Source: an uncultured Phycisphaerales bacterium
GTDB lineage: Bacteria > Planctomycetota > Phycisphaerae > Tepidisphaerales > Tepidisphaeraceae
DNA: 64,000 nt
Assembly: GCA_963844715.1 (NCBI GenBank)
Contig: CAWJPJ010000007.1
Location: 1,184,001 to 1,248,000 of the forward strand
Direction of reading: 5' to 3'
Shown in pieces: positions 1 to 11,702 of the stretch. Below the pieces are notes generated by a model. The model saw only the letters and a list, made by a program, of their open reading frames with translations. It ran no database searches and was not told the origin of the DNA. A program made the translations under genes and the position numbers. Numbering within the stretch: position 1 is the first letter of the stretch; every line of letters begins with the position of its first letter.

Positions 1-20
1 GCGTCAAGGCAATTCTGCCG

Positions 21-653
21 GTGCTCATGAAGACTTATCCGGATGCAAAATGCAGCTTGAATTATAAAACGCCTTTGGAATTGCTGGTGGCGACGATTCT
101 TTCCGCACAGTGCACGGACAAGCGCGTGAACATGGTGACGCCGGCGCTGTTCGCCAAATATCCCAACGCGGCGGCTTATGCGAAGGCGAAGCCGGAGGCT
201 TTGGAAAAAGATATTCAATCGACGGGGTTCTATCGCAACAAGGCCAAGAGCATTCGGGCGATGGCGGCGGACCTCGTCGAAAAATATGGGGGTCAGGTTC
301 CGAGCACCATGGAGGAACTCACCGGGCTGGCCGGGGTGGGGCGAAAAACGGCGAACGTCGTGTTGGGAAATGCCTTTGGAAAGAACGTGGGCGTCGTCGT
401 CGATACTCACGTGGCGCGATTGAGCGAGAGGCTGGAGCTTTCCAGTCACGCCTCTCCCGAAAAGATCGAACAGGATTTGATGCAGGTGGTTCCGCAGGAT
501 CGCTGGACGCTTTGGGCGCATCTGCTGATCTATCATGGCCGAGCGGTCTGCATGGCCAGGGGGCCTCTTTGCGATAAATGCCCGATCTTCAGTAATTGCC
601 CAACGGGGCCCAAAATCCTCGCGGAGAAAAAGGCGGGGAAGAAGGCCGGGTGA
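21..653 (+). CDS. nth: Endonuclease III (probably 5'-truncated by window edge)
   Basis: LLVATILSAQCTD, HhH motif LAGVGRKTANVV, VVVDTHV, C-terminal Fe-S motif CMARGPLCDKCPIFSNC. Confidence 0.95.
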   Translation: MLMKTYPDAKCSLNYKTPLELLVATILSAQCTDKRVNMVTPALFAKYPNAAAYAKAKPEALEKDIQSTGFYRNKAKSIRAMAADLVEKYGGQVPSTMEELTGLAGVGRKTANVVLGNAFGKNVGVVVDTHVARLSERLELSSHASPEKIEQDLMQVVPQDRWTLWAHLLIYHGRAVCMARGPLCDKCPIFSNCPTGPKILAEKKAGKKAG

Positions 654-669
654 GGCGAAAGAACATCGC

Positions 670-1359
670 ATGCGGCTGGCGGAAATATTCTATTCAATTC
701 AGGGAGAAGGAAAGTTGATGGGAGTCCCCTCGACTTTTGTTCGCGTCAGCGGCTGCAATCTGCGCTGCACGTGGTGCGATACGCCGTACGCGAGCTGGGA
801 ACCGGAGGGGGAGGATATTCCTGTTGGGGAAATCGCCTCGCGCGTCCGGGGTTTGGGGGCGCGGCACGTGGTCATTACGGGGGGCGAGCCGATGATCATG
901 CCGGGGATTGGGGAATTATGCGACGCATTTAAATCGGGCGGCCATCACCTGACGATGGAGACGGCGGCTACCATTTTCTCGCCGGTGAAGATCGATCTGG
1001 CCAGTCTTTCGCCGAAGCTCTCGAATTCGACGCCGGTCGAGCGGGAGGGGGGGAAATTTGCCGCCGCGCATGAGAAGCATCGATTGAATTATGAAGTGAT
1101 TCAGCGGTTCATCGATTCGTGCGCCGAGGTGCAGCTTAAATTCGTGGTCAGCCGGGAATCGGACGTAATGGAGATTCAGCAGATCTTGGAGCAAGTGAAG
1201 GGGTGGAAGACGGACGATGTGCTGCTCATGCCGGAAGGGATCGACGCCAAAGTCCTCGAAGAGAGATCCGCATGGGTCAGCGATATTTGCAAACGAGAGG
1301 GGTTTCGATTCTGCCCGCGGTTGCACATTCTCTTGTGGGGGAATCGGCGCGGGACGTAA
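670..1359 (+). CDS. queE: 7-carboxy-7-deazaguanine synthase (radical SAM)
   Basis: MRLAEIFYSIQGEG start, CNLRCTWCDT motif, ITGGEP, SPKL, PRLHILLWG. Confidence 0.93.
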   Translation: MRLAEIFYSIQGEGKLMGVPSTFVRVSGCNLRCTWCDTPYASWEPEGEDIPVGEIASRVRGLGARHVVITGGEPMIMPGIGELCDAFKSGGHHLTMETAATIFSPVKIDLASLSPKLSNSTPVEREGGKFAAAHEKHRLNYEVIQRFIDSCAEVQLKFVVSRESDVMEIQQILEQVKGWKTDDVLLMPEGIDAKVLEERSAWVSDICKREGFRFCPRLHILLWGNRRGT

Positions 1360-1380
1360 TCCGAACGCGTGTAGGAGAGA

Positions 1381-1809
1381 TTAATCTTCCTTCAGAAGAG
1401 AAACGGGCTGACGCCCGGCGAACCCGATGTGGAGTTCATGCCAGTAGCCGATTTCCTGTTCGCCTAATTTCCAGCACAGGCAGACGTCGTGTCCCTGGTG
1501 GCGGCCGATGAAATCGACCAGACCCATTTGATAGTCTTTCAAATCGACGCCGACTTCATGGAGTTCATCGACGTAGTTCTGCAACTGCTCGACGAGCTGA
1601 TCGACTTCGGTTTGCAGCTTGGGCTGGTCCTTAGGCTTGGCCGAGGAGATGGCGGCTTGAAGCGCCGAGATTTTCTCGTGTGTCTTGACGATGTCCTGGA
1701 CGATGCGTCGGACGAGCGGCAGGGCGCGGTTCGCCTGCGCGAGCGAGAATCGCTTTGCAGGAGTTGAGAGAGAAACCGGCCGGGGTGTTAGAAACTGCGG
1801 GCCCGCCAT
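1381..1809 (-). CDS. DUF2203 family protein
   Basis: FSLAQANRALP...GVDLKDYQMGLVDF...VCLCWKLGE..I.YWH...GFAGRQP pattern. Confidence 0.85.
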   Translation of the reverse strand: MAGPQFLTPRPVSLSTPAKRFSLAQANRALPLVRRIVQDIVKTHEKISALQAAISSAKPKDQPKLQTEVDQLVEQLQNYVDELHEVGVDLKDYQMGLVDFIGRHQGHDVCLCWKLGEQEIGYWHELHIGFAGRQPVSLLKED

Positions 1810-1891
1810 CGGTGTGCTGCCTTTCTCGGCGTAAGTCGGCCGAACCTCCGAGGTTCAGTACGACGAACTAAAGCGACCGGTTCAAGAGCGA

Positions 1892-3073
1892 TTATGATAT
1901 GTAGTCGGCGGCTGTCAACTTGAAGCTGATTATGCACCCGTCTCTATCTTTCCGACTGCGTAAATGGGGACTCCGCAGCGATCGTATCGGACGTTGAGTT
2001 ATCTGTTCGTGGGATGACGAGTGCGCCGAATATTCGGTGCCGCCGGCTTCGGGGACCGCCAGAATAAGCTTCTCGATGATCTGATCGGGACCGATTCCCT
2101 CGGCGTCGGCTGTGAAATTGGTGAAGAGACGGTGCCGCAGGACGGGCTTGGCGATCCGCTGGACATCCTGGCACCCGACGTTTAATCGCCCGTCCAAAAG
2201 AGCCCGCGCTTTGGCGCCCAGCACCAGGTATTGGGCCGCACGAGGGCCGGCTCCCCAGGTCAGCCAGTCGTTGATAAATTGGGGGGATTCGGGCTGCCCC
2301 GGCCGCGTGGCCCGCGCCAGGCGAACTGCGTAATCGACCAAATGATCGCTGACCGGCAGCTTTACGCAGCGTCTTTTGCAATTGCAGGATGTCCGGCGCG
2401 GAAAGGACCGGCTCGGGCATTGGCTCGGATTCCATCGTGGTGGAACGCACAATCTGCCGCTCTTCATTTTTGCTGGGGTAGCCGATGTGAACCATGAACA
2501 TGAAGCGGTCGAGCTGTGCCTCGGGGAGCGGATAGGTTCCTTCCTGCTCGACGGGGTTTTGGGTGGCCAGAACGAAGAATGGGCGGATTGAGCGGGAACG
2601 TGCTGCCGCCGGCGGTGATCTGATATTCCTGCATCGCCTGGAGAAGGGCGGCCTGGGTTTTGGGCGGCGTGCGGTTGATTTCGTCGGCGAGGACGATGTT
2701 TGCGAAGATGGGGCCTTTGACGAAGCGGAACCGAGCGCGCCGCCGGTGGCGATTCTCTTCCAGAATGTCCGTGCCGGTGATGTCGGCGGGCATCAGGTCG
2801 GGCGTGAATTGGATGCGGTTAAATTCAAGCTTAAGGACCCGGGCGAGGGTGCTGACCATCAGCGTCTTGGCCAGGCCGGGTACGCCGACCAGCAGGCAAT
2901 GCCCGCGCGCCATGAGGGCGGCGAGCAGCAGCTCGATCACGTCATCCTGGCCGATGATGACCTTGTGCAATTCGGCTGATCAGGCTTTTGACGGACGCCG
3001 TTGAATTGGTCCAGGAATGCGGCTTCGCGCTCGGCGTCGGCTGCGGGTTGGTGGTGGTTTGCGGCAAGCTCAT
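1892..3073 (-). CDS. MoxR-family AAA+ ATPase (split by frameshifts; 3' end uncertain)
   Basis: GVPGLAKT Walker [45 protein letters not shown] spread over three ORFs; ATG at 3073 follows the DUF4159 stop. Confidence 0.88.
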
Positions 3074-3074
3074 C

Positions 3075-4587
3075 TTAGTGGGAGACCATGTATATCAGGA
3101 TATCGACCCCGAGTCGGATCGCATCCTGATCGGCGTAGCCCTTGTTGTATGGCTGGGGCAAGTTCCTCCCAGCCGGCGCTTAAACTGAGGGGAGAATAAA
3201 TCACCGGGAGTGTCCGTCGACGTTGATGGCTTCGAGTCGGGGGAATGTGCACGTTCGGAAGGAGCTCGGCGGGCCAGGGGGGCGAGCTCGACCTGGCGTT
3301 CGTCAAAGACGAAGTTGAAAATGGGGTGGTCGGGGGGAAGGGGATTGAGCGGTTTGTCGGGGTAGATCGCCGCCTGATCTCGCGGCGGACGGCGGCGTCG
3401 AAATCGCTGCTGCCGGCGGCACAGTCGATGAGGATCATGTGCCGCCGTGGTCGCAATATTGGCGAAACTGTTGCCGTGCGGTTGTCGGAAAATTGAAAAT
3501 CGCGCTGGCCCACCAGGTACAGAACCGGGTATTGGAATACGTCCGATTTTTCAGGATCGACGGGCACGCGCTTGAACTGCACGTGCATCGTTGTGTTCTG
3601 ATCGATGGCTTTGAGCAGATTCGGCAGGCCGTGGGGAGTGGGGTCCCAGTCGCCGTTGTGTATCGATCTGCCCGAGGACGAGCTGGTCGCGCGTGGTGTC
3701 GCTGGATTGGTGATACGATCTTCATGTGATCGAAAAAGCGGCCGTATTGATACTCGGCCAGGCAATAGGTGACGATGTTGCTGCCGAGTTTGAGGGCGTC
3801 GTTTTGATCGTAGAGGATGCCGCCTTCGATGGGGTGCGACGTTGGCGTCCCAGCCGCAGGAGAGATCGATGGGCGAAAAGATGACGGCGGCGCGTGTGCC
3901 GATGTTGACTGTCTCAAGATAGGGCGGAACGGTTTTCCAGGGCCCGTCGCCCTCGCGGACACGCATCGAATCGATGGGGTAGAAGGAGGAGAAAATGGGA
4001 TGATCCGATGGGATGGCGGCGAGGGGGCGGTCGGGGAAGATCCGGCGGATTTCGCGGCGGAAGGAGTTGTTGAATTCCGGCCGGCCGCAATTGCTGTGCA
4101 CGACCCAGGTGCCGCCTTCCATCAGATATTGTCGCAGTTTGGCGATGGTTTCGTCGATCGAAAGCGGGGAAGTGGCTTCCAGCCGGTGAAATAGAGGATG
4201 GGCAAATCGGTCGGGTCGTAGCTGAAATTGGTGAAATCGGTTTGCAGGAAACGAAATCGCTGGCCGAGCTGGTTGTTTGTGAATTCGACCCACTGTTCGA
4301 ATATCGACGGTGGTGGTTTGCCAATCGGATCCGGCGGGCAGGGATTGGGGATCGAAGGTGACGGTTCCGATGAGGCCGGGGGGCGCGGGCTCGCGTTTTT
4401 TTTCCGTCCGGCGGAGGGGCGTGAGTTTCGGCATGGGGAGGGGCGCTTCGCCCTCGGCGCCGTTGACGCGCTGAGGCGAGGCTTTGGGTGGAATAGCGAC
4501 CTTGGGATTGACGAAATCGTCCGCGCCGGCTGTGAGTGCGAGGGCAAGAATCGTGAAAATAAAAATAAAAAATCTTTGCCGCTGCAT
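3075..4587 (-). CDS. Secreted protein with two DUF4159-like domains (frameshifted)
   Basis: Signal-peptide-like N-terminus; LRQYLMEGG...FRREIRRIFPDRPL..IPSDHPIF and a second copy GDWDPTPHGL..L...FQYPVLY; ends DILIYMVSH*. Confidence 0.75.
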
Positions 4588-4762
4588 GCGTTCCGCCGCA
4601 AGTGCAATGAAGACAATATCATAGTCAAGCGGCGACGCGAGGCGGCGCGGTAAAAATATCTCCAGCCATACAGCGCCCCGAACGACATCCTGACGGCGGC
4701 ATTCGAAAGGGCCGGCGAAAGGATTCATTCTTCAGCATCCGCTCCGGGAGGGGCAAGAACTC

Positions 4763-5044
4763 ATGATCAGCTTCAAATCCGAGCCGCCCGCCGCGCCCAG
4801 GCTAACGGCCCGCCAGCGCGAGGCATATCGTCTGCGTCATCAAGGCGGCGCGACCGTCGAGCAGATCGCGGCGTGGCTCAAGATTTCCCCGCGGGCGGTG
4901 TGGTATCGCCTCCAGTGCGCCCATCGCCGATTGGGAGAAGCCGCCGAATCGTATGACGAACCCGGCGACCGCCGAAGAACCTATAGCGCCTCCCAGCTTT
5001 CGACCGCGGCCCAGGGTAACGCCGTTAATATCGACGATTTGTAG
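4763..5044 (+). CDS. Small protein with sigma-70 region-4-like HTH
   Basis: LTARQREAYRLRHQGGATVEQIAAWLKISPRAVWYRLQCAHRRL. Confidence 0.65.
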   Translation: MISFKSEPPAAPRLTARQREAYRLRHQGGATVEQIAAWLKISPRAVWYRLQCAHRRLGEAAESYDEPGDRRRTYSASQLSTAAQGNAVNIDDL

Positions 5045-6754
5045 TTACTGATCGCTGTTGTTGTTGCCCGTGGAACTGTCGCCGCCGGACGACGGCTGGC
5101 TCGTGGACTTGGACTGGTTCACCCACTGTATCCGGGTTTTGTGGTCGTCGCTGCCCATATCGGCATTCGCGCGCCGAACCGACGCAATCCCGTCCGCATC
5201 CACAACGGTTACGAAATAGTCGGTATTGCGCAACTTCCCATCGACGTAGGTATACCCGGTCGAGAAGTCGACGCCGTTGGCGACCCCGCCGATGGCATCG
5301 CCCGGGGCAGCGCTGAATTGCTGCTCCTGCCACAATCCGGCCCCCCAAGTGAACACGTCAAATGGGAACTTATTGCCCGTTGCCTGGGCGGCCGCACAAT
5401 AGAAATAAGTTTGCGGCCCGATGGAAATCTGCGGCGTGTAGTCGCTCACCGGCGCATTCAGAGCGAGTTGTCCCGCCCAGGCCGGATTTTGCACCTTGCC
5501 GTTAGGCAAATCGAACAGCGGGTTCGCCAGGCTGTATTGCAGTTTGTAACGATAGGTTTTGCCCGGCTCGACGAGATCGTTCACATAGACCAGCAAGTCG
5601 GGGTTTTGAGCTCCCGCCGCCGGCGCCGAAAATGTGACCGTGTCCTTCGGAGGAACCGGAACAACCGCCGGAAGCTGTTTAGCCGCCTGGATAATCTGCA
5701 AGTTCGGATCGGTTGGACCGGCCGGTTGAGCAGCCGGAGCAGCCGGTGCGGCAGGAGCAGCGGGAGCAGCAGCAGCGCCCCCGGCGCCAGCCGCGCCACC
5801 ACCACCGGCGGCCGGGCCCGCCGCGGTGATCAGGCTTTGAACCACTGCGCCGGGATCCTGCCACGCTGTACCCGAAGGCGCCGGCGCAAGGGCCGGGAAC
5901 GGTGGCGTGGCGATATCTGCAAAGTGCGGCTGAGCCCAAAGTTCAAACTGATGACCCGCCACCCGATTTTTCAGGACCTGCGGCATCGGCTGCACCGGAT
6001 TGTTCGGAAGCCGCTCCACTTCAACATCAGGCCCCCATTGTCCATTGGGCTGCAATTCCTGGCGATAGGCGGTCACGTCCAAAAACATGGTCGTGCTCTG
6101 TGCAAGTTTCGGTTGCCCGCCTGCCGCTGCCGGGCCGAAGTCCTTCGTCCACTCATTCGTGATGGGTCCCACTGGAATGCTGAACGCCGCGGTAACCCAA
6201 TGAATGTCCATCCGCCCCGGCGCGGGAGGGTTCGCGGGATTCGCGGGGTTAGCCGGATTGGCCGGGTTCGCGGGATTGGCCGGCGCTGGCGCGGCCTCGG
6301 CCGGCGGCGCAAAGCTGACAATCGAGCTTTCGCCCGAAATAACCACCAACGGCTGAGCCGCCGGCAATACCGGCAGCTTCGTGATCATCGGCCCCTGTTG
6401 CTGGTTGGTCGTCACGCTCGACGGAAGCACCGCCGGCGTGAAGTCCCAAACCGCCGCCAGGGGTTCGCTGGGCTGCGTCGCCGGGTCCAGTTTATCAGGA
6501 ATTAAATTCGCGAATTTTGGGACCTCAAACGTCGGAACCGGCGGGCTGTCCATTTGCTGTTTGAGCGTCTGCACGGGCCCGTTGAGAATGTACTCGTCCA
6601 CATTCGCGGGCGTCACATGTTCCGAACCGATCGTCGCCGTGACCGGCGGATTGACAATGTAACTCCACCCCATGTACCCCAGGAACGCGATTCCCAGCGC
6701 CAGTGCCAGCCACTCGACGTTCTTCTCCAGAAGTTGCACGACTTTTTGCATCAT
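5045..6754 (-). CDS. Membrane-anchored Pro/Ala-rich protein of the pilM cluster
   Basis: N-terminal TM helix, VEPGKTYRYK FN3-like motif, co-oriented directly downstream of pilM and the PilO-like gene. Confidence 0.7.
   Translation of the reverse strand: MMQKVVQLLEKNVEWLALALGIAFLGYMGWSYIVNPPVTATIGSEHVTPANVDEYILNGPVQTLKQQMDSPPVPTFEVPKFANLIPDKLDPATQPSEPLAAVWDFTPAVLPSSVTTNQQQGPMITKLPVLPAAQPLVVISGESSIVSFAPPAEAAPAPANPANPANPANPANPANPPAPGRMDIHWVTAAFSIPVGPITNEWTKDFGPAAAGGQPKLAQSTTMFLDVTAYRQELQPNGQWGPDVEVERLPNNPVQPMPQVLKNRVAGHQFELWAQPHFADIATPPFPALAPAPSGTAWQDPGAVVQSLITAAGPAAGGGGAAGAGGAAAAPAAPAAPAAPAAQPAGPTDPNLQIIQAAKQLPAVVPVPPKDTVTFSAPAAGAQNPDLLVYVNDLVEPGKTYRYKLQYSLANPLFDLPNGKVQNPAWAGQLALNAPVSDYTPQISIGPQTYFYCAAAQATGNKFPFDVFTWGAGLWQEQQFSAAPGDAIGGVANGVDFSTGYTYVDGKLRNTDYFVTVVDADGIASVRRANADMGSDDHKTRIQWVNQSKSTSQPSSGGDSSTGNNNSDQ
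6228..6281 (-). repeat. Six 9-bp coding repeats (ANP)6
   Basis: gggttcgcg ggattcgcg gggttagcc ggattggcc gggttcgcg ggattggcc; synonymous variation between units. Confidence 0.85.
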
Positions 6755-6757
6755 AAA

Positions 6758-8047
6758 TCAGTTGTCTTCGTTATTGTTTGGCTGATTGGGCGCGCCGTTA
6801 GCCGGCCCCGCGGCCTTTCGGGAGTCGGGCAGAAGATCGGCTGTCCAATTCTTCATCAGCAGGTCCTCCCCGTCGATCTCCAGGCGGACGACCGGCTTGT
6901 CGCCATATCGATATCCCGCGCCCGCGGCCACCGCCGGATCGACCACTTCCAGAATCTGCACGTTGAGCACAGTCATGAACTGATCGAGCTGAAGCGCTCG
7001 CAAAATGTCCGGAATCTTGGCCGCGTCCACCACCAGGCTCAGATCGAATCGATACGCATCGTAAAGAGCGTTGCTGACCCGTCCGGTGGGGGAGATCGTC
7101 GGCTCAAAAGGCGTCGCGCTCCCGACGCCCTCGCCAAGATCGCCGGCGCTGGTCGCGAGAATCGGGGCGATGGTCTGTAATTTCTCGATCCGCTTGATCG
7201 GAGAATGAAGAATGGTGTTCGACGGCGGCCCGCCGGGCATGTCCGGATCCGAATACTTGCTATTGATCCTGGCGATGGCGTTGGTCACGTCGTCCACGAT
7301 CCACATTTGCAATTGGGCGTCCCAGATTTGCCCGGACTGGGGAAGCTTTCCCGCGACGATCCCGATCGTCGCGTCAAAAGGAAGCGCGTCCGGCTCCATA
7401 TAAATGGAATATTGCTTGGCGCGATCCAGTTGCATGTCTTGCGCTAGGGTTGCGGTCTGCTGGGTGAAGGTTTCGATCGCCTGGGTCATTGCCGGCGAAG
7501 CCGTCCCGCCCGGCACGACGCCGAATTGCGCAAATATCGTCGCCTGCCTTTTCGCCGTTTCATCGGCTATATCCTGAAGCGTGGGAATGCCGCAGGAATT
7601 CAAACTGGTCACCCACCGATTCAGATTCGTCGTCTCGGAGATGTATTTCTGGGCAAAGCTGTATTTCGTGGAATCATCCGGCTTCGGCAACTCACTGGGG
7701 AACAGCGGGGCGTGAATGTTTTTCTGCACCGCGGCCTGAACCAGCTTGTCCGCCTGCTCGGTCAATTCGGCGATCGCGGCTTTGCCCGCGTCAATCACCT
7801 CCTGCGTCGGGAAGACGTCGAGGACAGCCTGATCCGTCTGGTCGGGCGATAGCAGCGGCATGTGACGCTGCGAACTAAGCAATCCCTCCACATGCTCGGC
7901 GGCGCTCACCCGGCCGTTCAACTGGTCCTGCAACGAAAGATACATCCCCGCCAAAGGATAGAACTTTGCAACGATGGAAAGAATCACCAGCACCGCCAAA
8001 ATGATGCTGATCATGTTCTTCTTCAGGATTTGTAAGACCGCCTTCAT
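6758..8047 (-). CDS. PilO-like membrane-anchored pilus assembly protein (putative)
   Basis: MKAVLQILKK start with GGAG SD, one TM helix, C-terminal FDLSLVVDAAKIPDILRAL; follows pilM. Confidence 0.6.
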   Translation of the reverse strand: MKAVLQILKKNMISIILAVLVILSIVAKFYPLAGMYLSLQDQLNGRVSAAEHVEGLLSSQRHMPLLSPDQTDQAVLDVFPTQEVIDAGKAAIAELTEQADKLVQAAVQKNIHAPLFPSELPKPDDSTKYSFAQKYISETTNLNRWVTSLNSCGIPTLQDIADETAKRQATIFAQFGVVPGGTASPAMTQAIETFTQQTATLAQDMQLDRAKQYSIYMEPDALPFDATIGIVAGKLPQSGQIWDAQLQMWIVDDVTNAIARINSKYSDPDMPGGPPSNTILHSPIKRIEKLQTIAPILATSAGDLGEGVGSATPFEPTISPTGRVSNALYDAYRFDLSLVVDAAKIPDILRALQLDQFMTVLNVQILEVVDPAVAAGAGYRYGDKPVVRLEIDGEDLLMKNWTADLLPDSRKAAGPANGAPNQPNNNEDN

Positions 8048-8081
8048 CAACACTCCAAATTCATTTGCCCGTCGCTGCCGT

Positions 8082-10115
8082 CTATTGTTGATCCTGCGCC
8101 GCCGCCGCGCCCGCCCCAGCCGCCGCGCGGACTTGGGTGGGTCAATGATCACGATTAAAACCACTTTCATATCCCAATCGTTGGACCGATCCTCGCCCGT
8201 GATGCGGTCCAGCATCGATGGATCGGGCGCGCCGGCTGCCGGCGTGGTCCGGCCGCCCGTCTGCACGTTTTCCTGCTCGTCCCCGCTGTCCGACGGCTGC
8301 GGCCTCGCCGTTGGCGTCGGGCCGTTGATCGCCAGCATCGACGCCGCGTAAGACGCCAGCATGGCTTGCACCCGCGTCGGATCATCCTTCAGCAGCGATT
8401 GCCCGATCGGGTTGAAAACCCGGGCAATGAAATAATGCTTCGGCGACGACGGGTTCCGGCTGTTGTACTGATCCATCCACGCCTGGTTCATCTGGCTCAG
8501 GTTCTTGACCAAATTGCCAATGATCCACGGATAGGCGTCCTGGTGCGGCGTGGTCAGGTTGATCGAAATAATAAACCCGCCGCCCGGTCGGCGGATTGAG
8601 CGGATCGTTGGGAACCACCGAGATGCCCGGCCCCAACTGTCCCGAAGTGATCGATGCCAGCAAATCCGGGCTGTAGACCGACGAGAGCTTGTCGACGAGC
8701 ACGATGTTCCGATTGCCGCGAGGAATGGCCGCCTGACTCGCCGACGGCGCGGGAAATACACTGAGGATGTCGGTAAGGATTGACGGCCAATAGCCGCGCC
8801 CATCCAGCATGCCGCGGATATTCGTGATCCGTTGCCGATCCGCGCCGCCCGCTCCTTCGACATCCGACGACCAACTGTTGGAGAATCCGTCGGCGCGGGA
8901 AACCACCGATTCAATCTGATCGCGCGAATTCGCCGCTAATTTAAATTGCGAATCCTGCAAATAGTATCCGCCCGCCGCCAAACCCGCCCCCGCCACGAAC
9001 GCCGCCGTCGCCGCGGCGAACCACTTGGTTTTATCTCGCCACATGCGCTCGCGGCGAATGTGCATCGGGAGCAGGCTGCTGGTGATCTTCGCCTCTCCCA
9101 TCGCCTGAATCGCCAGCCCGTACGCGCTCACCAGCGATAAAATGTTTTCGTTGAACGTCGTCGCCATCTTCGCGTCGGTCGGAGCGCCGGCGGCCATCGA
9201 GTTGAGTTTTTCCACGTCCAGTTGCAGGTTCTGCTGAAGATATTTTTGCAGCCCCGCCAGCCGGAACGTCCCGCCCAGTGCGATCACTTTCTTAATCCGC
9301 GACTCGCGGTGCACCGAGGAATAAAACCCAATACTGCGCTGGATTTCCGCCACCAGATCCGCGAAGACCGGCCGCATCGCCTGGAAAATCTGCCGGGCGT
9401 ATTTGCTCGTGTTGGCGTTACGCTTCAGTTCCTCGGCCTTCCCGAACGGAAGTTTGAAACTCTTGACCAGAACTTCCGTGAAATTGTTCCCGCCGATCGG
9501 GATGGACCGAAGCCAGATGCTTTCTCCCTCGGCGATGATCAGATCGGTGTTTTCCGCCCCCAGGTCCACGATCATCGTCGTGCCCTTGATCCGGCTGTCG
9601 TAGTACATCGCGTTGTATACCGCCAGCGGATTCATCTGAACCACCTGCACGTTCAGATTCACATCCGTGAAATGCTGAATGTGATGATTGATCAGGTCCC
9701 GCCGCATAGCGAAGATCCCGACTTCCACCTCGGGCGAATCCGGCTGCTGAAAAAGCTGATAGCTCCATTCGACGTCGTCGAGCGGGAACGGAATCTGCTG
9801 AATGGCCTCGAAACGCACAATTTCGGGAATTTTCTTGGGTTCGACCGGCGGGAGCTTGATGAATCGGGCGAAGCTGGAAACGCCGCTGACGCTGATCGAC
9901 GCAACGCCCCCCTTGACCGGGTGCCGCTGGACGAAATTCGTCAGCGCCGACTGGATCAGCGCTTCTTTATTGTCTCCCGCATTGGAGAGGACGTTTTCAT
10001 GCTCGATGACTTCGAAGTCATCGATGCGCAAACCGTTTTCGCCGCGAACCAACTTAATGGCCTTGAGCGCGCGGTTGCCGATGTCGATACCCCAGGCAAA
10101 ACGAGCATTGGCCAT
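8082..10115 (-). CDS. pilM: Type IV pilus assembly protein PilM with C-terminal TM/PilN-like extension (frameshifts near 8570 and 8125)
   Basis: WGIDIGNRALKAIKL, VRFEAIQQIPF, VDLGAENTD, IPIGGNNFT, EIQRSIGFY actin-like ATPase motifs. Confidence 0.88.
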
Positions 10116-10286
10116 CGTGTCTCCTCAACAACCGTTCAACGCAGGGGAGCAGCGGGCCTGTGTTCGGGGGAGGACAGGCCACAACCTCGCCGCTCGTTCC
10201 TGTTTTTACCCGCTTTGCGGGGTCAGTTCAATATTGTTCCATAGTCCCAGAGCCGGTTCCAGCGTTGGGACGCCCCATTTTCGGCT

Positions 10287-11702
10287 ATGGGACGGTATAC
10301 TTCCCGCCCCGTGGCGACTTTTTGCGTTCAAACCCTCGGCTGTAAGGTCAACCATTACGAAAGCGAACAGATCGCCACGCTGTTGCGTTCCTGGGGTTTG
10401 ACGCAGACTCAAAATCCCGCCGCCGACCTGCGGATCGTCAATACCTGTAGTGTCACAAGCGAGGCGGCAAACAAAAGCCGCCAAAGCGTTCGCAAGGCGA
10501 TTCGCCTCCCGGTCTTGCATAATTCCCTTAATGAATCGGAGCCGGCGGCGGGGCAGCGCACGATCGTCACCGGGTGCTGGGCCACCAGCAATCCCGCCGA
10601 CGCTGCCGCAATCGCCGGCGACGACGCGGTCCTGACCCATCACGATAACATCGCCCACCGCCTCTCCTCGCTACTGTCGAGCTGGGGCTATCAGTTTAGA
10701 CGATCCGGGGAGGAAAATGTTCGACCTTTTGACGCGACCGGAACTCGATCTTTGCCCCTCTTGGACGAGCGCCAAGCCAGCCACCAGCGAGCCTTCCTGA
10801 AAATACAAGACGGCTGCGACGCCCACTGCACCTACTGCATCATTCCAACCCTGCGGCCCACCCTCTGGAGCAAACTCGTTGACGATGTGCTTGCCGAGGC
10901 GCGCCGCCTGGTCCATGCTGGGCATGTCGAGATCGTCCTCACGGGTATATTTCTGAGTGCCTACGGCCAGGCCACCGCACTGCGGCGGCGCCAAACGCGC
11001 GGCGAGCGCAGCCCCCTCGCCCTGCTTATCGAGAAACTGACCGAGATTCCCGGCCTGCGGCGACTCCGACTTTCCAGCCTCGAGCCAGGCGATCTCCACG
11101 ACGATCTTTTGGACGCGCTCTGCGCCAGCCGGCAGGTCGTCCCCCATTTCCATCTCCCCCTGCAGAGCGGGTCCGACCGCATCCTGAGGCGTATGAATCG
11201 CCAGTACACCCGCGACGGCTATTTTCGCATGATCGAAAAAGTGCAGTCCTCATTTGATCAGCCGGCAATCACCACCGACATTATCGCCGGTTTCCCGGGT
11301 GAAACCGACGAGGATTTTCGCCAAACCTTGGAAGCGGCCCAATTTGCCCGCTTCGTTCACATCCACGCCTTCCCATTTTCTCCCCGCCCGGGCACCGCGG
11401 CTGCCCGCTGGAAAAACAATTTTGTCGATCCCAAAACCGCCAACATCCGAATCGACCGCCTTGCGGAACTGAGCGACCAGTTCAGCCTCGAATATCGCGG
11501 TCAGTTCCTTGGCCGAACCGTCCAATTGCTCGTGGAGCGCGACGATCCTGCCTCGCGCCGGGGGTCCCTTCGCCACGGGCGATGCGAAAGATACTTCGAC
11601 GTCCAATTCCCCGGCGAGGTTTCCACCGGTGAACTGGTCACCGTGCGCGTCGATCAGGTCACGCGCGAGCAAACCCTCGGCACCCTGGTGGAATCGCAAT
11701 GA
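10287..11702 (+). CDS. mtaB: tRNA t6A37 methylthiotransferase (MiaB/MtaB family)
   Basis: TLGCKVNHYES, VNTCSVT, KIQDGCDAHCTYCIIP, HLPLQSGSD, DIIAGFPGET. Confidence 0.85.
   Translation: MGRYTSRPVATFCVQTLGCKVNHYESEQIATLLRSWGLTQTQNPAADLRIVNTCSVTSEAANKSRQSVRKAIRLPVLHNSLNESEPAAGQRTIVTGCWATSNPADAAAIAGDDAVLTHHDNIAHRLSSLLSSWGYQFRRSGEENVRPFDATGTRSLPLLDERQASHQRAFLKIQDGCDAHCTYCIIPTLRPTLWSKLVDDVLAEARRLVHAGHVEIVLTGIFLSAYGQATALRRRQTRGERSPLALLIEKLTEIPGLRRLRLSSLEPGDLHDDLLDALCASRQVVPHFHLPLQSGSDRILRRMNRQYTRDGYFRMIEKVQSSFDQPAITTDIIAGFPGETDEDFRQTLEAAQFARFVHIHAFPFSPRPGTAAARWKNNFVDPKTANIRIDRLAELSDQFSLEYRGQFLGRTVQLLVERDDPASRRGSLRHGRCERYFDVQFPGEVSTGELVTVRVDQVTREQTLGTLVESQ

Noticed and set aside
6758..8914. 718-aa ORF overlapping pilM
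   Set aside because: It is a chimera of the pilM tail and the next gene, caused by indels; the real start is at 8047 with an SD.
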